Assembly (NCBI GenBank): GCA_020722945.1
Contig: DYJV01000001.1
Span: 15,520-79,519 of the forward strand
Source of the DNA: Candidatus Methylomirabilis sp.
GTDB lineage: Bacteria > DYJV01
Reading direction: 5' to 3'
Length of the DNA stretch: 64,000 bases
A model generated the notes under the pieces. The model was not told where the DNA came from and ran no database searches. It saw only the letters and a program-made list of their open reading frames with translations. Of the stretch, positions 1-8,641 are shown one piece after another. Position 1 is the first letter of the stretch. The number at the start of each line of letters is the position of its first letter. The position numbers and the translations under genes are program-made.

Positions 1-1740
1 ATGAAAAAATTTTATTTCAATTCAGAGTATGTAGATTATTTATACCAATACATAAGGGACAATTTCTACTCTAATTTTATTGTATCTTCTGTTAAATATA
101 ATAAAAAGATAGATGATAACTTCCACATCAATGATTCTAAACTATGTATGAAAGATTATTCAAGTATCTCCCAAAATCTCTCTCTTATAACAAAAGCTTT
201 CTACTATTCACAAAAATTTAAACTATTTTTGTCTTACGAGTTGAGAGAGGCAATAAAAAATAATGTAAAAAAAATTAAAATTGATTTTATAAGAGATAAA
301 AAAAATATAAATATTTTCTTTGAAATTCTTGAAAAAGGTTACGGTTATGCTACAACTTTGCGAAAAATGAACCAACTTAATTTTCTTACATATTTTATAC
401 CTGAATTTAAAAAGATCAAGTATAAAATAACTTACGATATGTATCACCAATATACTGTTGATATTCACTCACTGATAGTTGTTCAGGAGTTGAGAAATCT
501 TTTTTCTGGAAGTTATATATTAGAATATCCCTTTATAACTGCATTGTCTCTTAATATTCCTAATAAAAAAATTATTTTATTTGCTGGACTTTTACACGAT
601 ATTGGGAAAGGGGAGGACGGTGAAGAGTCGCATCTTATAAAAGGTGAACGGATAGTTGTCAAAATTCTTAAAAGGATGGGTATTGGTGAGAAAGAGAGTA
701 GTATAATGAGATTTTTAGTTAGAAATCATACTCTAATGATAAATACTGCTTTGAGAAGGGATATAAAAAATGAAGAGGAAGTTATAAATTTTGCTAATAT
801 TGTGAAAAGTTTAGAAAATCTTAATTATCTGTTTTTATTATCTTTTGCTGATTTAAAAGGTGTTTCACCAAAATCATTTGATAAATGGCACTATACTTTA
901 CTTCAAGATTTATATATCAAAACTTTTTCGGTTATTTCACATAAGAAATTTGAGTTTGCAACGATTCAGGATAAAATAGTTCAGGTTAAATCATTTATTA
1001 TAGAAAATATTCCACAAAAAGAGGAATCTTTTTTTGATAAGTTTATTGATAAATTATCTAGAAAATTAATTCAGAATTTTAATGAAAAAGAGATATTTGA
1101 AATATATATCTTGTTAAAGGATCAGGAGAAACTCCCTTTTGTCCATATACTGTTTAACAGTGAAATAAAAGTTTTCAAAGTTGTTGTAAAATCGTATAAT
1201 CTACATGGGATATTTAACAATATTGTTGGCATCCTTACTTTAAACAATCTAAATATAATAAGTGCAGAGATATACACAAATTTAGATGGAACAATAATAG
1301 ATATATTTGAAGTTGTTTCTTTGTATGAAGATAATTATATTGATGATAAGATAGATAAATACAAAAAATCTATAGAGGATTCCCTTAATTTAAAGAAAAA
1401 TGAAGATTTTGATAAACTGATTGAGGATAAAATATTAAAAAAAAGTTTTAGAAGTAAAAAATATAATGTAATTCCAATAATAAAATATAATAATTTAGAG
1501 AATGAATTTTTCACTATTTTAGAGATTATAGTCCAAGATTTCCCTGGAGTGCTCTATCTTATCACTAAAGTATTGTCTAAAAGAAATATAGATATACACT
1601 CTTCCAAAATTTCAACCCAAGGGATAAAGGCAATTGATACATTTTATATTACTGATATGAATGGAAATAAGATAATTGACCAGAAATTACAAGCAAAGAT
1701 AGAGAGTGAACTCCTTGATTTAATATATAAAGTTTATTAA
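1..1740 (+). CDS. glnD: [Protein-PII] uridylyltransferase/uridylyl-removing enzyme, C-terminal part (HD domain plus two ACT-like domains). The 5' end is probably outside the window.
   Basis: The ORF is open from base 1. HD-domain motifs HQYTVDIHSL and LLHDIGKG are followed by two C-terminal ACT-like repeats (VVVKSYNLHGIFNNIVGIL..., EIIVQDFPGVLYLITKVL...). No N-terminal nucleotidyltransferase domain is visible. Confidence 0.7.
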   Translation: MKKFYFNSEYVDYLYQYIRDNFYSNFIVSSVKYNKKIDDNFHINDSKLCMKDYSSISQNLSLITKAFYYSQKFKLFLSYELREAIKNNVKKIKIDFIRDKKNINIFFEILEKGYGYATTLRKMNQLNFLTYFIPEFKKIKYKITYDMYHQYTVDIHSLIVVQELRNLFSGSYILEYPFITALSLNIPNKKIILFAGLLHDIGKGEDGEESHLIKGERIVVKILKRMGIGEKESSIMRFLVRNHTLMINTALRRDIKNEEEVINFANIVKSLENLNYLFLLSFADLKGVSPKSFDKWHYTLLQDLYIKTFSVISHKKFEFATIQDKIVQVKSFIIENIPQKEESFFDKFIDKLSRKLIQNFNEKEIFEIYILLKDQEKLPFVHILFNSEIKVFKVVVKSYNLHGIFNNIVGILTLNNLNIISAEIYTNLDGTIIDIFEVVSLYEDNYIDDKIDKYKKSIEDSLNLKKNEDFDKLIEDKILKKSFRSKKYNVIPIIKYNNLENEFFTILEIIVQDFPGVLYLITKVLSKRNIDIHSSKISTQGIKAIDTFYITDMNGNKIIDQKLQAKIESELLDLIYKVY

Positions 1741-1803
1741 AAAGAGGGAAAAATCCAATTTTAATATCCCAAATTTTATAAATGAGAGGAATAAAAGGAA
1801 TAA

Positions 1804-3165
1804 ATGGATATAGCAGCTATTGACAAAAGATATATATGGCATCCTTGCACACAAATGAAGGACCATGAAGATTTTCCTATTATTGCTATAGATAAAGGGA
1901 AAGGAGTATATTTGTATGATATCTATGGAAATAAGATTCTTGATGCAATTTCATCTTGGTGGGTAAATCTATTTGGCCATTCTAATGAGAGGATAAATAA
2001 TGTTTTAAAAGAGCAACTTGAAAAACTTGAACATGTTATATTTGCAGGGTTTACTCATGAACCTGCTGCAGTTTTGGTAGAAAATATAATAAAGATTATG
2101 CCTGATAATATAAGAAAAGTTTTTTTTGCTGATAATGGTTCATCAGCCGTAGAGGTTGCATTAAAAATGAGTTTTCAGTATTGGCAGCAATCTGGAAAGG
2201 TAAGTAAAACAAAATTTGTTGCACTTAAAGGTGGATATCATGGAGAAACTTTGGGAGCTCTTTCAGTTGGTGGGATTGATTTATATAAAAAAATATATAA
2301 TCCTCTACTTTTAGAAACATTCTATGTTGATGCTCTTGAATGTTTTAATTGTAAATATGGGAAAAATAGAAACAACTGCACTGCTGAGTGTATTGAGACA
2401 ATGGAGGCTATTTTATCTCAAAATCATCTTGAAATAGCTGCTGTTATAATTGAACCTATGGTTCAATGTGCTAATGGGATGAATATCTACTCTCCTATTT
2501 ACTTAAAAAAATTGTCTTATCTTTGTCAGAATTTTAATATTCATCTGATTGCTGATGAAATTGCTGTTGGTTTTGGTAGAAGTGGGAAAATGTTTGCATT
2601 TGAGCATGCTCAAATAAAACCTGATATAATTTGTTTGTCAAAAGGTCTTACCGGAGGCTACCTTCCACTTTCACTTGTTTTGACTACTAATGAGATTTAC
2701 AATGCTTTTTATGATGATTATTTTAAATCAAAAGCTTTTCTGCATAGTCATAGCTATACTGGGAACCCTTTGGCATGTTCAGCAGCTTGTGAAACATTAA
2801 AAATTTTTAGAGATGAAAATATTTTGATAAAAAACCTTGAAAAAATTCAAAAAATGTATAATATTCTATTTGAGTTATTTTGTGACCATCCTAATGTTGG
2901 AGAGATAAGGCAGTTAGGAATGATCGCAGCACTTGAAATATTAGAAGATAAAGAAAATAAGATTAAATTTGATCCCAAATTAAGAATAGGGTTCCAAATA
3001 TATAAATATGCACTTTCAAAAGGTCTTTTGATAAGACCATTAGGTGATGTTATCTACTTTATGCCACCTTATATTATAGACGATGATGAGATATATTTTA
3101 TGATTAAAACAACTAAAGATTCTTTAGATAAAATTATTAAACAGAGAGGTAAAAAATGCCGTTAG
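1804..3165 (+). CDS. bioA: Adenosylmethionine-8-amino-7-oxononanoate aminotransferase (biotin synthesis)
   Basis: Class-III aminotransferase with BioA-typical motifs: IWHPCTQMKD, SSWWVNLFGH, ADEIAVGFGRSGKMFAFEH and SKGLTGGYLPLS (PLP lysine). Confidence 0.9.
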   Translation: MDIAAIDKRYIWHPCTQMKDHEDFPIIAIDKGKGVYLYDIYGNKILDAISSWWVNLFGHSNERINNVLKEQLEKLEHVIFAGFTHEPAAVLVENIIKIMPDNIRKVFFADNGSSAVEVALKMSFQYWQQSGKVSKTKFVALKGGYHGETLGALSVGGIDLYKKIYNPLLLETFYVDALECFNCKYGKNRNNCTAECIETMEAILSQNHLEIAAVIIEPMVQCANGMNIYSPIYLKKLSYLCQNFNIHLIADEIAVGFGRSGKMFAFEHAQIKPDIICLSKGLTGGYLPLSLVLTTNEIYNAFYDDYFKSKAFLHSHSYTGNPLACSAACETLKIFRDENILIKNLEKIQKMYNILFELFCDHPNVGEIRQLGMIAALEILEDKENKIKFDPKLRIGFQIYKYALSKGLLIRPLGDVIYFMPPYIIDDDEIYFMIKTTKDSLDKIIKQRGKKCR

Positions 3166-3536
3166 ATCTCAAAATGAAAATTATTGTTGTGGATGATTTT
3201 GCAACAATGAGAAAAATTATCAAAAATATTCTTAGACAAATTGGATTTACAAATATTCTTGAAGCAGATGATGGTTCTACTGCTCTTCCGATATTGGAGA
3301 AAGAGAATATTGATCTTGTAGTTACAGACTGGAATATGCCTAAAATGAGTGGATTAGAACTTGTTAAAGCTATAAGGTCAAATCCCAACCTTAAAAATAT
3401 CCCTGTTCTAATGGTTACAGCAGAAGCTCTTAAAGAAAATATTATAGAAGCTGTTAAAGCAGGTGTTAACAACTATGTCATAAAGCCTTTTACAGCACAG
3501 ACATTGCAGGAGAAGATAGAAAAGATATTTGGATAG
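3156..3536 (+). CDS. cheY: Chemotaxis response regulator CheY (single receiver domain)
   Basis: 126 aa with a canonical receiver: VVDDF acidic pair, VVTDWNMP phospho-Asp, MVTAE Thr and IKPF Lys. GAGAGG lies 6 nt upstream of the ATG. The start overlaps the bioA stop by 10 nt. Confidence 0.9.
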   Translation: MPLDLKMKIIVVDDFATMRKIIKNILRQIGFTNILEADDGSTALPILEKENIDLVVTDWNMPKMSGLELVKAIRSNPNLKNIPVLMVTAEALKENIIEAVKAGVNNYVIKPFTAQTLQEKIEKIFG

Positions 3537-3723
3537 TAGTTTAAATAGACTTGAGCTATCCTTTGTTCTTAAAAAATTTTTTAAATTCTATTTTATTGAT
3601 ATTAAATATGAATAATTTACCATTTTCTATATTTTTAACATATAGGGCTAAACAATTAAAAATATATATCGATCTTATTTTGATAAATATAAATATAAAT
3701 AGAAAATTTATAGGAATTAATTT

Positions 3724-4527
3724 TTGAATATCAAAGTATTAATAATTTCAGATAATGAAATTTACTTTAAGCCTATTATTGATTATTGCAACAATGACAA
3801 AAAAATATTGTTGCAGTTTGACAATAATCTAAATTTTGACAATATTGTTAAAAATAAGTTCGACATAATCTTGTTAGATTCAGCTCTTTGCAATAATTGG
3901 ATTGAATTTCATCAGAAGATAAAAAATTATAATATAGGGATAATCTTTGTTGCTATTGTTTCAGATGTATCTGTTGAGGAAGTGAGGGCAGGATTTAAAG
4001 ATGGTCTTTATGATATAATAAAAAAGGACAGTTTTTTATATGAGGGTTACAAAGTATTCCAACGGGTTCTTGAGACTGCTAAGATTTTAAAATCAACAGA
4101 AAAAATAAACCAATATTGCACTCATTCCATCAAATTTAATTTGCCAAGCGATGTGAATCTTGTAAGTGATACTGTTTTAGAAATTATCAATACAGCCAAA
4201 TTAAAGGGTTTTATCAAAGATGCTGATACTGAGAATAATCTTAGATTGGCATATATAGAAGCAATTGTTAATGCTATTATTCATGGGAATAAATCTGATA
4301 TAGAAAAAATAGTTATTATAGAGGTTCACATAGATAATATCAAAATGATTGTATCAATAGAAGATAGTGGTGATGGGTATGATGTTACTCAAATCCCTGA
4401 TCCTATTGATATCGAAAATCTTTTAAAAACTTCTGGAAGAGGTATATTCTTAATAAAATCAGTAATGGATCAAGTTTTGTTTGAGAAAAATTGTTCAAAA
4501 ATAGTATTAGTAAAGAATAGGAGTTAA
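3724..4527 (+). CDS. Receiver-domain protein fused to an RsbW/SpoIIAB-type anti-sigma factor serine kinase domain (HATPase_c_2-like)
   Basis: N-terminal REC-like fold (IISDNE, IILLDSAL, AIVSD, IIKKD). C-terminal GHKL-type motifs: ENNLRLAYIEAIVNAIIHGN (N-box), IEDSGDGYD (G1) and GRGIFLIKSVMD (G2). TTG start. Confidence 0.65.
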   Translation: MNIKVLIISDNEIYFKPIIDYCNNDKKILLQFDNNLNFDNIVKNKFDIILLDSALCNNWIEFHQKIKNYNIGIIFVAIVSDVSVEEVRAGFKDGLYDIIKKDSFLYEGYKVFQRVLETAKILKSTEKINQYCTHSIKFNLPSDVNLVSDTVLEIINTAKLKGFIKDADTENNLRLAYIEAIVNAIIHGNKSDIEKIVIIEVHIDNIKMIVSIEDSGDGYDVTQIPDPIDIENLLKTSGRGIFLIKSVMDQVLFEKNCSKIVLVKNRS

Positions 4528-4550
4528 TTAATGGGATAAGAAGTATAGAT

Positions 4551-4850
4551 ATGCAGCAAATTTTAAATTATTCATCTAAAGTCGAACGTATGCAGCACCT
4601 TTACCAAGAGCAGGGTGAGATAAATAGATTGATGTTAGGTGAGGAGTTTAAAGAAATTGCTGAGAGGTTAAAGGAGCAAGTTGTAAAAACTGAGCCATCA
4701 GATAGTCAAAACAAAATTTCAGATAAAGAAGAGTCTGATTCAAATAGTAGCAATTCCTATCATAATAATCAGGGCAGTAAAAAAGATAAAGATAAGAAAG
4801 AGATTCATGTTATAGAGGAAGAGCATTCAAATATAGATATAAAAGTGTAG
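4551..4850 (+). CDS. Hypothetical protein with a low-complexity acidic/lysine-rich C-terminus
   Basis: 99-aa ORF, co-directional, 23 nt after the preceding gene. No recognisable motif. Confidence 0.35.
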   Translation: MQQILNYSSKVERMQHLYQEQGEINRLMLGEEFKEIAERLKEQVVKTEPSDSQNKISDKEESDSNSSNSYHNNQGSKKDKDKKEIHVIEEEHSNIDIKV

Positions 4851-5013
4851 TTTTAAATTTTTCCATTTTCATTGTTCTAAATTGCTTGTCAAAAAAATAA
4901 AAGTTTGTTATTTTAACCATTAATATTTAATCTTGTATTTTCTTTTTTATAGGCATAGATATATTTGTTTAGTCTTAAAAATAAAATGATAAAAGAATCA
5001 AAAGGATTATAAA

Positions 5014-5493
5014 TTGATAAAAGAATATATTAATTCATCAGATTTCTCTATTGAAAAAGCATTGACAGAGGTCATAAATGATAAAATGCCATTCAATAAA
5101 TTACTTGGTTTTAAAGTAAATAAAATATCGGAAAATTCTGTTTCCATAATATTTGATATGTCAGAAAATCTTGTGGGGAATTTCCATCATAAAATTCTGC
5201 ATGGGGGGGTTATCTCCTCTGTCCTTGATCTGGTTGGTGGATTTAATGCTTTTTTAGCACTTTTTAAAAAAGTATACACTTCTCTTGAATCTAATGAAAG
5301 AGTTGAAAAATTAAGTAATATAGCTACAATTGATTTGAGAGTTGATTATCTAAGACCTGGGAAAGGTAATTTTTTCCTTGCAGATGCGGCTATTTTAAGA
5401 TTAGGCAATAAAATTGCAGTGACAAGGATGGAGCTAACAAACGATAAAGATGAACTAATTGCTCTTGGAACAGGGACTTATAGTGTAGGATAA
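5014..5493 (+). CDS. PaaI-family (hotdog fold) thioesterase
   Basis: HGGVISSVLDLVGG motif and a size (159 aa) typical of PaaI/YbdB thioesterases. TTG start. Confidence 0.7.
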   Translation: MIKEYINSSDFSIEKALTEVINDKMPFNKLLGFKVNKISENSVSIIFDMSENLVGNFHHKILHGGVISSVLDLVGGFNAFLALFKKVYTSLESNERVEKLSNIATIDLRVDYLRPGKGNFFLADAAILRLGNKIAVTRMELTNDKDELIALGTGTYSVG

Positions 5494-5499
5494 ATTTTT

Positions 5500-6471
5500 A
5501 TGTCAAATTATCTAATAAAAAGATTTCTAAGTATGATTATTCTTTTGTTTGGAATAACCTTGCTATCTTTTTCTGTTATACAGCTTGCACCGGGATCACC
5601 TATTGATGTAGAAACATCACTGAATCCCAAACTATCAAAAGAAGCTAAAGAGCAGCTTATCAAATTTTATGGTTTAGACAAACCTATTTACATCCAATAT
5701 TTTAACTGGCTAAAAAAAATAGTTGTTTTAGATTTTGGTTACTCATTTTCATCTGATCATAGGAAAGTTGTTGATAAAATAGTAGAGAGGATACCTATTA
5801 CCCTTATTTTGAATTTTTTGTCAATTTTGATTATTTTTATGATTGGAATTCCGATAGGTGTAATTGTTTCTATATATCAAAATAGCTTTGTAGATAAGTT
5901 TTTTTCATTTTTTGTTTTTATTGGATTTGCATTGCCTACTTTTTGGATTGCTCTTCTTCTTATGATGTTTTTTGGAATAAAATTGGGCTGGCTACCTATC
6001 TCAGGGATCAAATCATTCAATCATGAGAATCTTTCTTATCTTGCTAAAATTATTGACTATTCCAAACATTTGATTCTTCCCCTTTCTGTAAGCATAATAG
6101 GGGGTCTTGCGGGAATTTCAAGGTATGTAAGAGGGAATATGATTGAAGTTTTAAAAATGGATTGCATACTTGCTGCAAAAGCGAGAGGTATTTCTAAAGT
6201 TTCTATCTATATGAAACATGCTCTTAGGAATGCTTTGATTCCTGTTGTAACAATACTTGGATTATCTTTGCCCGGCTTAATAGGTGGAAGTGTTATTTTT
6301 GAGTCTATTTTTGGGATTCCGGGGATGGGGTTACTCTTTTATCAAAGTGTAATGGGGAGAGATTATCCTGTTATAATGGGAATACTTTTTATTGGTGCAA
6401 TCCTTACCTTGTTGGGAAACTTACTTGCGGATATATGTTATGCTTTTGCTGATCCAAGAATTAGAAAGTAG
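5500..6471 (+). CDS. ABC transporter permease, peptide/nickel (DppB/OppB-like) family
   Basis: 323-aa multi-TM protein with N-terminal IKRFLSMIILLFGITLLSFSVIQLAPGSP and the EAA-loop region AKARGISKVSIYMKHALRNALIP. Confidence 0.85.
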   Translation: MSNYLIKRFLSMIILLFGITLLSFSVIQLAPGSPIDVETSLNPKLSKEAKEQLIKFYGLDKPIYIQYFNWLKKIVVLDFGYSFSSDHRKVVDKIVERIPITLILNFLSILIIFMIGIPIGVIVSIYQNSFVDKFFSFFVFIGFALPTFWIALLLMMFFGIKLGWLPISGIKSFNHENLSYLAKIIDYSKHLILPLSVSIIGGLAGISRYVRGNMIEVLKMDCILAAKARGISKVSIYMKHALRNALIPVVTILGLSLPGLIGGSVIFESIFGIPGMGLLFYQSVMGRDYPVIMGILFIGAILTLLGNLLADICYAFADPRIRK

Positions 6472-6474
6472 TCT

Positions 6475-7305
6475 ATGTTAAATCTAAAATTTAGAAAGAA
6501 TATTTTATTTTTTTCAGGTATTATCTTAATTATTATACTCTTTATTTTTGCTATTTTTGCCCCTTATATAGCAAATTATAACCCCTCTGATATAGATATA
6601 AAAAGTATTCTTTCCCCACCATCACCAACCCACTTTTTAGGGACAGATGAGCTGGGGAGAGATGTTTTTTCAAGGCTTGTATATGCTTCAAGGGTTTCTA
6701 TCAAGGTTGCTTTCCTTGCGATAAGTATATCAGTGGTTATAGGTGTTTTATTGGGTTCTGTTTCAGGGATATTTGGAGGGGCAGTTGATTCTTTTATTAT
6801 GAGATTTGTTGATGTTATGTTATGTTTTCCAACTTTTTTTCTTATTCTTGCTGTTATTGCATATCTTGAGCCTTCTATCTTCAATGTTATGTTAATTATA
6901 GGAGCAACCAGCTGGATGGGAATCTGCAGGATGGTAAGAGCAGAGATACTCTCTTTAAAAAATAGGGAATTTGTTCTTTCAAGCCGTATAAGTGGAGCAT
7001 CTATTAGCAGGATTTTATTTATACATATACTTCCAAATGTTTTGCCAGTTGTCTTGGTATATGCAACTTTAGGGATAGGTGGAGCAATCCTTACTGAATC
7101 TTCTCTCTCTTTTTTGGGTCTTGGAGTTCAGCCTCCTAATCCAAGCTGGGGTAATATGTTGATGAGTGGTAAAGATAATATAGAATTTGCTTGGTGGCTC
7201 TCTGTTTTTCCGGGTTGTTCAATCTTTGTAACTATAATTGCTTTTAACTTTATTGGTGAAGGGTTACAAGATATTTTAAATCCAAAAAAGCTAAATGAAT
7301 CGTAA
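6475..7305 (+). CDS. ABC transporter permease, peptide/nickel (DppC/OppC-like) family
   Basis: 276 aa. HFLGTDELGRDVFSRLVYASR is typical of OppC/DppC, with the EAA-loop region SSRISGASISRILFIHILPNVLP. Confidence 0.85.
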   Translation: MLNLKFRKNILFFSGIILIIILFIFAIFAPYIANYNPSDIDIKSILSPPSPTHFLGTDELGRDVFSRLVYASRVSIKVAFLAISISVVIGVLLGSVSGIFGGAVDSFIMRFVDVMLCFPTFFLILAVIAYLEPSIFNVMLIIGATSWMGICRMVRAEILSLKNREFVLSSRISGASISRILFIHILPNVLPVVLVYATLGIGGAILTESSLSFLGLGVQPPNPSWGNMLMSGKDNIEFAWWLSVFPGCSIFVTIIAFNFIGEGLQDILNPKKLNES

Positions 7306-7927
7306 TATTTTTGAACAATATTATCAAAAATATGATAAATGGTATGATGAAAAAAAATTTGTATACTTATCAGAACTTCAACTCCTAAAAAAGGTTTTAT
7401 CTCATGTAGAAGGGTTATCTTTGGAAATTGGGGTTGGAAGTGGTAGATTTGCCTCTGAGCTGAATATTAGATATGGATTAGAACCTGCTTTTAATGCTAT
7501 TAAAGTTGCTTCATCAAGGGGTGTAATTTCTATATCAGGAGTTGGTGAATCATTACCATTTAAAGATAATTCTTTTGATTTAATTCTTTCACTTACTGTA
7601 TTTGAGTTTGTAAATGATTTAGATACTGTTTTAAATGAGATAAGAAGAGTTCTTGTTGGGAATGGAATTTTGTTAGTTTCTATTATTGATGCTGATTCTT
7701 TTTTGGGGAAAATATATAAAAGCAGTAGAGAATCTATATTTTATTCAAAAGCGAATATCTTTTCAGCTTCTGAACTTTTAAATATTCTTAACTCTTCAAA
7801 ATTTGAGGTTGTAGAAATTTATCAGACTCTTTTTAAAAAATTAGAGAAGATAGAAGAATCACAAAATTATAAAAAAGGTTTTGGTGAGGGTGGATATGTT
7901 GTTTTTAAAGCAGTAACTAAAAAATAG
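7295..7927 (+). CDS. Class I SAM-dependent methyltransferase
   Basis: SAM-binding motif I LEIGVGSGRFA plus a Methyltransf_11-like core (FDLILSLTVFEFV). Overlaps the upstream permease gene by 11 nt. Confidence 0.75.
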   Translation: MNRNIFEQYYQKYDKWYDEKKFVYLSELQLLKKVLSHVEGLSLEIGVGSGRFASELNIRYGLEPAFNAIKVASSRGVISISGVGESLPFKDNSFDLILSLTVFEFVNDLDTVLNEIRRVLVGNGILLVSIIDADSFLGKIYKSSRESIFYSKANIFSASELLNILNSSKFEVVEIYQTLFKKLEKIEESQNYKKGFGEGGYVVFKAVTKK

Positions 7928-7997
7928 TTTTATTTTTTTTATCTTTGTTGTATTTAGATTCTAATAAATAAAATTTATAAATTTGGAGGGAAGATAG

Positions 7998-8174
7998 ATG
8001 GATGATAAGTTTGTTGAAGCTATTAAAGATTTTGCAAAAAAAAATGATAACAAAATAACTTGTTCAGATGCGTGGTCTTTAGCTGACAAATTTTTAGTCA
8101 AAAGGTCAGATATGGCTGATTTATTGACTAAATTAAATATAAAAATTATAAAATGTCAATTAGGTTGTTTTTAA
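7998..8174 (+). CDS. Small 58-aa Cys-containing protein, absent from the ORF track because it is under 60 aa
   Basis: My translation: MDDKFVEAIKDFAKKNDNKITCSDAWSLADKFLVKRSDMADLLTKLNIKIIKCQLGCF. A GGAGGG Shine-Dalgarno lies 7 nt upstream of the ATG. It sits 15 nt upstream of the NifU-like gene. Confidence 0.45.
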   Translation: MDDKFVEAIKDFAKKNDNKITCSDAWSLADKFLVKRSDMADLLTKLNIKIIKCQLGCF

Positions 8175-8189
8175 TAAAGGTGATTTGCT

Positions 8190-8582
8190 GTGAACGAAGA
8201 GAAGCTAATGAAATATTTTTTAGAAGCTAAAGATCTTGGAGTGATAGATGAACCTACTACGGTTGGAATTGGGGGGGACCCTGGTTGCACAGATTACATA
8301 AAGATATACCTAAAAATAAGCCAAAATGATATTATAGAAGATGCAAAAGCTCAAGTGTTTGGCTGTCATGTTGCGGTTGCTTGCACAAGTGCCTATTTGC
8401 AACTTATAAAGAACAAAAATATAAGAGATGCGGTAAATATAAAGTCAAAAGATGTTGTGAAAGAAGTTGGTGGTCTCTCTGATAAGAAAACGCATTGTTC
8501 AGAATTAGGACCTTTAGCTCTTGAAAATGCAATTTCTGATTATTTAATTAATAAATTATATGCAACTCAAGAAGATTCTTGA
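8190..8582 (+). CDS. NifU/IscU-like Fe-S cluster scaffold domain protein
   Basis: Three scaffold cysteines in the typical context: GDPGCTDYIKIY, FGCHVAVACTSA and KKTHCSELG. GTG start; an alternative ATG is at 8208. Confidence 0.7.
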   Translation: MNEEKLMKYFLEAKDLGVIDEPTTVGIGGDPGCTDYIKIYLKISQNDIIEDAKAQVFGCHVAVACTSAYLQLIKNKNIRDAVNIKSKDVVKEVGGLSDKKTHCSELGPLALENAISDYLINKLYATQEDS

Positions 8583-8641
8583 TTTTATTTTCAATATAAT
8601 TTATAATTATAATATATTTTTTTAAAAATTAAAAGGAAGCT

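Noticed and set aside
3649-3677. Sigma-28-like promoter (TAAA-N15-atCGATct) upstream of the REC-RsbW gene
   Set aside because: The spacing fits TAAA-N15-GCCGATAA, but only the CGAT core of the -10 element matches (4 of 8). TAAA is expected by chance in this AT-rich DNA. The evidence is insufficient to call a feature.
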